A DNA stretch of 64,000 nucleotides from Monocercomonoides exilis PA203 (Eukaryota > Protista > Preaxostyla): contig LSRY02000004.1 of NCBI GenBank assembly GCA_001643675.2, positions 124,001-188,000 on the forward strand, in the 5' to 3' direction. The notes under the pieces were generated by a model. That model did no database searches. It was not told the DNA's origin and worked only from the letters and a program-made list of their open reading frames with translations. A program made the position numbers and the translations under genes. Shown in pieces: positions 1 through 10,021 of the stretch (position 1 is the first letter of the stretch; every line of letters begins with the position of its first letter).

Positions 1-2633
1 CTTAAAAAGCATCAATTTAAAGCAAAGCCATTCAATAAAAAGGTATTTATTAGAAAAATCATTAGATATTTGATTCAATTCTTTTGAAAGATTGTTACGG
101 CATGCGGAACTCTTGGATTAAAACAAATAGCAAAAGCCAAAACAGTCATACCCAAGGTGTGCTTTCTCCTATCAATAAATTATGAAATATTGTTATAATG
201 ATTTGTTTTTGAAATAGACTCCAGAATTTGTTCGTCGTGTAAAAAAGCAGCTAAAACAATGCAAAACGAATGAGATTGTTGCAAAGCAAAGTCATAAAGC
301 GTTTAAGGCTCTTCCATTAAACGAATCTATTTTTTCAACTGTTTGCATGTTTCTTTTTAAACGTTCAAATTTTTTAAATCAATAAATATATTTAAAGGTT
401 ACGGGAGTACCGCCTCGTAAGCTTCCAAATGTTACAAAGCCACAACCTTTCACTTTGTTGAGCGATCAAAGGGCGCAGCGCTCTCTAGCACATAACAGTG
501 AAAAAAGTTTAGAAAAGGAGGAAGGTGAACAATTTGTGTTTAAAGCTCGTCCAGTTCCAAAATACAAAACGATTGTTTGATAAACTTTCAATAATTTTTA
601 AAATCTGAAAATGATAATAATTTATAGCAACCAATTCAACGTCATGAAACAAAAATAGAAGTTAAGCCATTTCGCCTTCTAACAGATTTGAGAGGAAAGC
701 ATGAAGAGGTTTGACTTTTCACTTTTTGTGTTTAGTAATTGATTCAAACTTTCTTTACAGGAACATATTAAGGAGGAAATAGAAAAGAAGAAAGAAGAAG
801 AAACAAAAGTTTATCCATTTAAAGCGCTTTCAACAAAACTTGAACATAAACCCTTTGTATGGAATTATTAATTCGTGTTATTGTTTATTTTGATTTGCAT
901 CACCAACATTGCAGGTTCCTGTACTCCCATCATCTTCTGGGTTGCATCAGCCAATTGTGCCAAAGCCATTTCACCTCCATACAGAAGAAAGAGTGCTGGA
1001 GCGCACTTCACGCAAACATTCATCTCGTCCAAACGCTTCATTTTCTCGTTCCTCAAATTCAACGCAGAATGAAACTTCTAGAGAAAAAACTACTTTCAAA
1101 GCGAGGCAAGCAACTGTCTTGCGCAAACCTCCGTTTGTTCCACAGAAATCGACTCGACCATTGACAAAGCCTGTTCAATTTGTCATTCATAGTGATCTAC
1201 GTGCAGAAGAACGCAAGCAGTTTGAAGAAAGGCAAAAACAACGTTTGATGAAAGAAAAAGAAGAGAGAGAGAGAAAGAAGAAAGAAGAAGAAAGAAGGTT
1301 GATGGAGGAAGAAGAAAGATTCAGAGAAGAGCACAAATTCAGAGCTCAGCCTATTCGTGCATCGTTTGACCATCCAACATTTGTCCCAACACTGGGAAGA
1401 TCAAAGCTGACAGAGGCAGCAACACCTCATTTGATGACAAAAGAAAGAGCAGCTGTAAAGTTATGGGAGCTTTACAATCATAGAAGATATTATGAAAATG
1501 ATGTAGATGATAAGCAGTTGGATGAACAAGATGATGAGACCTGCGGAAATGATGGTGAAATGGATGAACTGAATGAAAGCGATGTTGAAAAGCTTAAGAA
1601 AGAAGAGCAAGAGGCAGAAATTGAATATGATCATCGACTGATGACACCTCCTGGGGCAAAAGCGACATTCAATCGGAGCTTTCTCCCAATGGAAATTCGG
1701 TATATCTCTCCAGAATCGACAATCCGCGATGACATGATTTCGAGCAACGATCAACAGCCCAGCAATTCAATTCACGGGCAAGAATTACCTCGCACATCAA
1801 TGGATGATCAAGATGCTCTGAGGATAGAAATTAATCAATTCAATAAAAAGGATGAAGAAAATCGTATGGAAGTTGAAGACAGCAATGAGACTAATAATGC
1901 CATGTCTGTTGTGCCATCTGTCTTTGCAGTTCCGTTAAAACAAAATCTGAACGAAAGTGGTTGTGGTGATGTGATTTCAGAAGAAATACACGAAACAGAA
2001 AACAGAATGGATGTTGAAGAGCCGAAAGAAGTTGAGGATAATGAGCATGAAGATGATAAAATGGCTGAAGAAGCGTTGCTTAGAGAGATTAATGGTGCCG
2101 TATCAAATGAAAAAATGCAGATTGACAGCTGCTCTGAAGGCAGTCATATAAGTAGATTGGAAAGAAATAAAGAATCAATGGAAGTTGAACGTCCAGCTGA
2201 AAAGTTCTCCGAGTGCGAAATGTCTGAAAGGCAACAGATGATACCAATTAAGCGAGCAACGATTGCTCATCCAAGAGCAGCAGAACATTCAAAAAGACAG
2301 GAAAACAAGAGAGAGTGGCGCAAAGCAGAGCAAAATAGGAGAATGACAGACCATCCAAAACGCAGATTGATTCAATTTGAGGAAAAATTAGAGGACGACC
2401 AACGAAATACACCTCAAAGCAAAGGTCATTCCTCGGGTGATCAATGCTCTGATGAGTTTGCGGAGCATTTTGGAGATTCACAGCTCAGAGCCAGAATGAT
2501 TTTGATGAAAAAAAGAGAAGAAAAGCGGATTGAGATAGAGCATCAAGAAAAAAGAAGGAGAGAAGAAGAGGAAGAAAGAGCAATGAAAGAATGGGACGAA
2601 AGGATGCAACGGGAATGGGAATCTGGAAACTGA
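1..2633 (+). CDS. TPX2: TPX2-family microtubule-associated/spindle assembly protein, 5'-partial, multi-exon
   Basis: Manually spliced exons <1-42, 91-156, 218-340, 398-574, 628-708, 761-856 and 915-2633 (all GT-AG) give one continuous frame. It has repeated TPX2-type motifs (FKAKPFNKK, FKALPLN, VTKPQPFTLLSDQRA, FKARPVPKY, VPKPFHLHTEER) and the C-terminal TPX2 domain FKARQATVLRKPPFVPQKSTRPLTKPVQFVIHSDLRAEERKQFEE...HKFRAQPIR...LTEAATPHLMTKER. Confidence 0.88.
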
Positions 2634-3019
2634 ACATATTCAGTCATTTTTCTTCATGTCACACTTCTCGTTCACTTCACTTCCATCTCTGATCATTTTA
2701 CAAAATCGTGTTTTCAAAATCGTTGAAATTTCAAATCATGCAAGATTGACATATCGTTTTCAATCTTTTCATTTCACTTAACCATCTGTTTTTAAAATCA
2801 TTTCTTTTTATTTTTCATTTTTTTAAATACGTTTTGAGCATTGCTCTCATTTCATTTCAATCTTTTTCATTCATTAAATAAATTTTTACACAATTTTTGA
2901 AACAAACAAACAGAAAAAAAATTACTTTTTAAGATTAAATAATTTCCAATCTTGACAACGTTGAACTGTCTTCGACTAAAATAAACTGCCCAAACAAGAA
3001 TCAACTTTTCTTTTGCATT

Positions 3020-3627
3020 TTATTTCTTCTTTTCCCACAAAGACAATCAGTAGATGAAAGCAAAAGCGAAATCATATCTGATAAAAAAAATGATGTTTCG
3101 ATCTCTTTAAAACCAAGACCCTCTATCTTGGCTCTCAGCCCTCGACCACCATCCACACCGCTTCTGCTGCTTGCAATGCCTTCAGCTCTTTCAGTCGCCG
3201 ACCATTCACTTCCTTCTGCTTCCCCAGGTTTTCTGCCAGACATTCTTTGCAGAACAGATGCCCTTCCAGACTGATTAGCAAACACACACACAAACACAAA
3301 AACAAAAACAAAAATTGGCAATAGACACCACAACGAAATAATGAACGGAAAAAAAAAAACAAAATGGAAAGATAATGAAAAATGAATGAATGCTTGGCAT
3401 CTGCCTTTTCCTTTTCCCTTCACTTTTCTTTCCACGAGGCCTCGTCTCACCTCCCATGCAAACCACGTCACCGGGTTCCGCGCCTTTTCCAGGCAAAGCG
3501 TGCAGCACCCGAACCCTTTGAACCCATCTGCACCCACGCGCTGCCTTTTCGTTCCATATCCAGCCTCTGCCCGCTCAGACGCTGAGAAGTACGCTCTCGT
3601 GTTCCTGTTCAGGCTGTGCCGACTCAT
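3020..3627 (-). CDS. NOSIP: NOSIP-like protein (N-terminal zf-NOSIP/RING-like domain only)
   Basis: Exon 1 (3627-3464), intron 3463-3271 (GT...GCTAATCAG) and exon 2 (3270-3159) give MSRHSLN...YFSASER..AGYGTKRQRVGADGFKGFGCCTLCLEKARNPVTCLEGHLFCKECLAENLGKQK, matching the NOSIP N-terminus (MTRH.KN...GYGT...RL..D..K.FDCCCLSL.P...PV.T..G.L..RE.ILE..L.QK). The 3' end is uncertain: spliced stop at 3020 or unspliced stop at 3135. Confidence 0.78.
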
Positions 3628-3908
3628 TTTTTGTCTTGTGACGTTTCATTGATATTTAAAAAAATTCTTTTTAAATTTTTTTTCAAAATTTTAATTTAAT
3701 AATAAATGATAATACTTTATTTTCAATTCTATTTTGTTTCATCAGAAAAAAAAATTAATACTCCAAACAAATTACAACATTAACTTTTTGATATTGTGTA
3801 AACAATGTTTTGTTGAATTGCCAATAACATAAAACCTTAAATCTTTTAAAAATGAGCCAAAATGATATGATTTCATTCCTCAATAAATTGACATTTTGAA
3901 TTTGTTAT

Positions 3909-4397
3909 TTAATCTTTCTTTGCTGCATACAACCATGACGTTGTTCCCAAAACTTCGTCTTCTTCCTCTTTGGTAAGATCTGCTGCAATTCCCCAATCAG
4001 CGCGAATCTCTTTTGCTGTTTTGTTGTGGAGCTTGGCAACAGCTGCTCTCACAAGAAGTTTGAATAATGAAGGAATAATCAATTTATCAGCATTGACCAA
4101 CATTCTCAAATGTTGATCATTATTTGCAGTAACTTTCTGAACAAATTTTTGGTCCCAGTCTTGTTTATCTGCCTCTGGAACAGATGAATCGTTATCTGAT
4201 TTTGCGTGATACTCGCAATATTCAAGAATGTGTTTAAGATCCTCGCTGTGAACTGAATCCAATGTGATTTCTTCCTCTGCACTTGCGACTTCTAACAAAT
4301 TCTTAAGCATTTGAGATTGAAGCACAACATTCTTTGGTGCGGTAACTGTAACTCCATCAGCTGATAACAAACGATAAACTTCTCCCTCTGCAGACAT
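3909..4397 (-). CDS. SKP1: SKP1-family protein (divergent), intronless, 162 aa
   Basis: LLSADG...QSQMLKNLLE, ITLDSVHSEDLKHILEYCEYH, DWDQKFV and KTAKEIRADWGIAADLTKEEEDEV..SW follow the Skp1 POZ and dimerisation-domain consensus. Confidence 0.9.
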   Translation of the reverse strand: MSAEGEVYRLLSADGVTVTAPKNVVLQSQMLKNLLEVASAEEEITLDSVHSEDLKHILEYCEYHAKSDNDSSVPEADKQDWDQKFVQKVTANNDQHLRMLVNADKLIIPSLFKLLVRAAVAKLHNKTAKEIRADWGIAADLTKEEEDEVLGTTSWLYAAKKD

Positions 4398-4938
4398 CTT
4401 TTGTTTATTTAATTCTTGAAATAATTCAAACCATTATTACGTATTATTCTAACCATAATAATTTTATTCCATTGTGTTTTCCTTTAATGAGTTTCGTTGC
4501 TCCTGCTACTTAATAATGTTGACATACGAAAAAATGTTTGTATTTATATTTATGAAATATTTGATTATTTTGAAATTTAAAGAATTTGGTTATGATATTA
4601 TTTATGATGGTTTGTGTTATCAATTTGGACGAATAAAAAACTTATGAAATGACTTTGACTAAATAAATGAGGTTGATTTTTTGCTTTATCATATTTTTTT
4701 CTGGATTGTTTCAAACTTAAAGAATGTCCAAAAATTCTCACATCCTGTTGAAGTGAAAGTTTATTCATTTTTTTGAAAAATGAACTTAGAATGTTTGAAA
4801 TAATTTGTTTCAGTTATATATATTCGTCTATATTGATATATATGTTATCATTATCGATTATTCTTGACATTTGAAGATTTTGTCCCAATATTCTTTTTAT
4901 GAAACTGTAAATGATGTATTTGTTCTGTTTCTTTTATT

Positions 4939-7900
4939 ATGATTTTATTATTATTTGCAATAGTAATAGAAAAATGTTGTTTACAACCTCAGTTCACTGA
5001 TCATATTCGTATTACAAAAGGAAATTTTCCTGGAGATGAACCACCAGATAAGTCTGCTCTTCCGTATCAAAAATCAAATTCTTACGGAAGATTTTTTGCT
5101 GAAGATAATGAAGAGGAATTTTTAGTTCCATTAAGCTCCAATCCTGGTTTGTAATTTGTTTGCAGTTGTTTGTTTATAAAATAGTCATATTTTTTTGTTT
5201 CAATTTGAAATAGGTTCACCAAAACCACCTGTTTCATTCACATTTCCTTCCTCACCTCAATCATCACAAAATCAAAACTCAATTAGTACCACTGCTTCAA
5301 CTAGTTCAAATGAACAAAGACAAGAATCTTCTTCTTCATTTATGAAACCACCTGTAAAACCACCTGCACCACAACAAATTCAACAGCCAGTCCAACAGAC
5401 AGCAAGTCTAAAGGAAACTCCTATTCAATCAGATGCATTTGGTGGGCATTCCACAGTTGTTGGATCAGCATCTAAACAAAATTTACAACAGAATTCTCAG
5501 CAATCAGTTGTTGATTCAGATGCTTACAATATTGTTCAAGAACCAGCTGTAACACAAACTTCAAATACTACTCAAAATGTTCGATTTTATCGTTCAAATG
5601 ATCTTAGTTTACCAATTTTTGAAATTCCATCATTTTCATTCAGTACCAATTATCAGAGCAGCGCAATTAATCTTATAGACAAAGAAAATGATTCAAAAGA
5701 AAAGCACATAGCTAAGTTTCCGCATGCGCCTTTTGATTTGGAAATTTACAGAACAGGAGCTGTTTTTCAAACCCAGCTAATTGGAAGATCAAATTTCATT
5801 CCAAATAGTTCTTTTTTGTTGAGTGAACAAAACAGCACTGTGCATTCCCCTTCAATGCAGTTTCATCTGAAAGAGCATGTTGATATTCAGCGATGCGATC
5901 GGTTTCGTTTACCGTTAAATGTACAAGATCCAACTCAGGTGCTGATTCTTCCTTCAGTTGCTTTGTCAAATGCATATGGAGAACTTGGAATTGATGAAAT
6001 ATCAAATCGCTTCTTTTCTTCTGCAATGTCTTCTTCTAATTCTGCTTTTGCATCTTCTGTATCACAAGCACAAAATGCTTCTTCTTTGAAAGAAGACACT
6101 GCCAGGAACGATAAGAAATCTCCTTTCTTTTCCATCGATATCATTTCTGCTTCAATCTCCAAAGTTGTCGATGCTTCGCGTTTTCCTCCTTCTTCTCATT
6201 CAAACATCCGCACTTCAGATGCACATGCCCCACAAAAAAGCCTTCCGCCACAAAAAAGAAGCAGCAAAAGGAGCGTCTTTCGAGTACATTCGCTGAAAGA
6301 CGGGGTGATGGGAGTGAGTGAAGGCATTCTCGAAGAGTGCCCGCCGTCTCTCAGCCGCCTTGTGGCACAGACAAGCATCTGCCTGTTCTCCCCCACCCAT
6401 CCTCATCCCCTGACACACGTCTTGCCTTCTGCTCATGTGTTCTCCATCACCCCGATTGCCTTCAACAACATCAAAAATAACAGCAATATATTGCCTTCTG
6501 ATGGAAACAGTGAAGAATCCATTGAAAACGCTGAATCATCCCAGACTTCTTCCTCTTCTTCTGTTATGCAGCTGTCAGAAGGAGAGGAAGAGACGCCGAG
6601 TGTTTATGAGGCAGAGACCGAGCTGACTGTGTGCTATCGCATCACCTCTCTTCATTCTGATGCTTCTGCTTATTCAAATGATGCACCTCTCACTCCACTC
6701 AATTCTGCTCCAGATGAACTGAACAATCAATCTCACTCTAAACCAACAGAGAATTCTGCTTCTGCTTCTTCTGCTTCCTCTTCCTCCTCTTCTTCTTCTT
6801 CCTCTGTTTCTAATCCTTCTTCTCGCCATATTTCTATATTGAAAAATGTGAATGTGGAAGACAGCACAAAAGAAGAATTGAATCCATCTTCGTCTGACTC
6901 TCTTCTTCTGACACAAGAACTGCAGATGCCATCAATTCCGAAGCCAATTTCGTTTCTTCGTGGTTTGTCTACCAGTCAAGGCGATGAAGCAAAGGAAAAG
7001 CAATCTTCTTCCTCATCACCTGAGAATCATTCGGCATACTCTTCCGCATCAGCCTCTTCTTCTTCTCCCTCTGAAACTGAACGTGATGATGTTCTTGTGC
7101 TGAGTCCAACATTTAATGTTGTGGCAGTGACAGAAGACGTATCATGGGAGCCACATTATTCTCTTCTTATTTCTTTGGATGGAAACACACAAAGGTTTCA
7201 TTCTAATTCAATTTTAATGCTTATTTGATTTATTTCTTCTTCTTCTTCTTCTTCTTCAATTTTAAATTATATTTGAATTGACCTTTCTTTTATTATTCAT
7301 TTTTATTTATTTATTTATTTCATTCAGTTTGTCATTTTCAGCCACTCTTCACTCAAAAGCCTCACAATCATCACTTTCTTTTGCAGATGGTTCATCTTCT
7401 CCGCTCAAAAGTGTCATTTCTCCTTTGACTCTTTCATTCGTTGCATCAGACACGCCTTCCTCAAATGCTTTGTCTGCCTCTGCTTTTCATCCAGCTTCTG
7501 TTTCTTCTCTTTCCTCACTCAACTCCTTTGAGCCATATGCTGAGCGGAAAAGAAGAGCAGAAGATGGATTGCGTTCACTCACCAATGCTTCTTCTGCTTC
7601 AAATGACTGGCAAAGGCAATTCATTCACAACAGCCCTGAAAAGCAGCTGTTGAAGAATGGATCATCAATGATGAAGATGTCAGAGGCAGAAGAAGACGGG
7701 AAAAAAAGCAAAAGTTATCAAAAGCACCAGAATGAAGCAGATGCCAATCGAATGTTGTATCAATTCCCAGCTGTTGGCTCATCTTCTGTTGTGCTGTGTC
7801 CTCATTCAATAGACAGCAGTGATGCTTCTGATGGACATATGGAAAGAGATTTTGATGATTCTGTTATTGAAACTTCTTCATCTGCAACTGCTTCTTCTAT

Positions 7901-9283
7901 CCTTCCTTCTTCTTCTTCTTCTTCAACCACTTCTAGTTATTCTTCAGACAATTCACATTTGTCAATAGCATCTCCAAAAGAGAAACAGAAGATGGCCAGC
8001 ATCACCCGCTCTGTTATTTATGATGCATCTTCTGTTCCGCACACAGCCTCTTCGCATTTCTCGTCTCCGGCTGTGCAGATCAGAATCACGAACAGCCTCA
8101 CAAAAATAAACCAGCAGAAAAGTCTGTTTTTGCGTTATTCTGTTTTTATTTGCTTTTTGAGCAGTTTTTTCTCTTATTATCCAATATTTGTCTCAAATGA
8201 ATGCTTATCTAATTATTCTTCAGTACTTCCACCAGGTGTCATTCAAATATATCAGCTTCCAAATGCTCATAAAAAAGGTGTTAACAATAAGAACATCCAC
8301 TCAAAATATACCCTCCCTCATCTCATTGGAACAGTCAACATGACATCGCCGCTTCATCCTGGTGGTTTGTTTATTTTATCTCTTTCATTTCAATCATTTC
8401 TCACAATTATGATAATACCTATTGAACAATCGATCTTTATTGTATTTCATTTTCTTCTCTTTTATTAATAACCATTCTATTTTTTGACAAGAATCATTTG
8501 AGTTTCCTCTTATCACTTCGTCTTCGTCCATTCGGTGTCGTCGTTCGTTGCTCTCTTTGAGGAGCACAAAGAACGGCGAAGCTGGGTTTGAACTCTGTTT
8601 TCTTGCTTCAATAATTTATTATCATTTTGATATTTATTTCTTTTTTAATTTATTTGTTTGTTTGATGTTTTTATTAATCTAAAAAACGCCTTCCTTGTCT
8701 TTTTCTAATGGTTAGTACTGTTGAGCTGATTTGCACAAAAGACATTCAATCGAATAGATCAGACGCCGAAGAATGTGCAGATGCTTCAGCAAAAGAAGTT
8801 TGTTGTCATTCATTTTTTTGAATTATGTTTTAAAAAATAAATTTCATAATTCAATTTTCTGTTCAATTTTCATTTTTGTTGTTTCTTTTGTATGTTTTAT
8901 TGTCTCTTCTTCAGATATTGATGAAAGATAGCATTGCCTCTCAGCAGAACAGAATGAGTATTTTGTCTTCATTCACCAGCCATCCTCTTCCCTCACACAT
9001 CTCAACCTCTTCTTCTCCTCTCTTTGCATCTCGCACTTCTCCTTCATCCTCTTCAATGTTCTCCTCCTCTCCTTCTTCTTCCTCCTCTTCTCCTTCTCCT
9101 TCAACATCATCTGTATCATCTCCCTGTTCTGTTAATGCATCTCCAATGCCTTTGGCTGTTGTTGAATGGGAGCTGTCTTTTTCTTCTCCTTCTCCATCTT
9201 CTCTTTCTCTTCAGTCTGAAAGCGAACAAAATGAAAAGTCAACTGCTCGTGTGAGATATTCTTATGAGATTGAATACACATAA
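4939..9283 (+). CDS. DUF4139/DUF4140 (TIGR02231/MuiA-like) family protein with long Ser-rich insertions, multi-exon; true 5' end uncertain (extra exons possible up to ~4720)
   Basis: Introns 5147-5213, 7195-7327, 8122-8223, 8365-8491, 8586-8715 and 8798-8914 join the ORF-track pieces in frame. Family-like blocks occur in order: LEIYRTGA, RLPLNVQDP, ELTVCYRI, VSWEPHYSLLISLDG..SLSFSATL, IRITN...ILPPGVIQIY, LIGTVNM...LHPGESFEFPL, ILMKDSI, VVEWELSF, RVRYSYEIEY*. Recognised from remembered consensus; no HMM was run. Confidence 0.65.
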
Positions 9284-9526
9284 ACACTCTGAAATTGCAT
9301 TGTTGAATATCTTATCCTTTTTACAATTGCCCATTTCACTCGCCTCATCTGAACAAAGCTCAGAAATGAAATCTTTTTTATATTTCTAATTTCTGAATAA
9401 ATAAGGAATTTGTTATTTTTTTTTTTTCATTTTTATTGAAAAGTTGAAAGAAACAGGCAATTCATAGAATGCATAAGTGACAGTGAGTATTTATAAAAGA
9501 TAGAAAATTGATATGACCAATCAATC

Positions 9527-9612
9527 TGCTTCTCTGAAGCATTCTTGATTCCATCGCTCGACGAATGCCACGATAAAAAAGTGGTTTGTCTTCGCCAGGT
9601 CGATGGAATGAG
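9527..9612 (+). other. Candidate structured RNA element between convergent genes
   Basis: Small hairpin TGCTTC-TCT-GAAGCA (9527-9541), then stem ATTCCATCG (9548-9556)/CGATGGAAT (9601-9609) enclosing GACGA..GCCAC/GTGGT-TTGTC with G-U pairs. It is a GC-richer island in AT-rich DNA. Confidence 0.25.
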
Positions 9613-10021
9613 TTAAAGAAATACAAGCAAAGCAAACAGAAAGAGAATAAATGTTGAAAAAATGTTCGAACATAATCAGCCGAAAAGGATTAGATACATA
9701 TCAAAGAGGAGGAAGATGAGAGAACAAGGATAATGAAAGATAAATAGACACAGCTATCAGAAAGAATAATGTTAGCCTGAAGTGATGAAGACAATAAAGA
9801 TCAAGCAAACAACTAATAAGAAGACAGCAAAAGAGAAAGAACAAAGAAAATGAATGAATTGTAATGATGAATTAAAGGGGAAAAAAAAAGAATTAAAAAA
9901 GCAACTCCATTTCTAAAAGTTGTTTAGAAATAGCACAAATGTTTCATATGGAATTGCTCTAATAAAAAGAACAATGAAACATTTTGAATGTTTTTTTTTT
10001 TCTTGTTGTTTCAATGAGTCT

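Noticed and set aside
3001-3627. 208-aa ORF taken as the NOSIP protein
   Set aside because: It reads through intron 3463-3271; the hydrophobic FVFVFV stretch is intronic and homology continues in another frame.
6760-9210. TCT/TCC runs as separate repeat elements
   Set aside because: They are mostly poly-Ser coding tracts plus one intronic (TTC)n; ordinary low complexity.
9527-9625. U1/U5 snRNA, SECIS or canonical H/ACA snoRNA
   Set aside because: It lacks ACTTACCTG, the U5 loop GCCTTTTAC and the AUGA/GA quartet, and the nearest ACA is too far from the internal loop.
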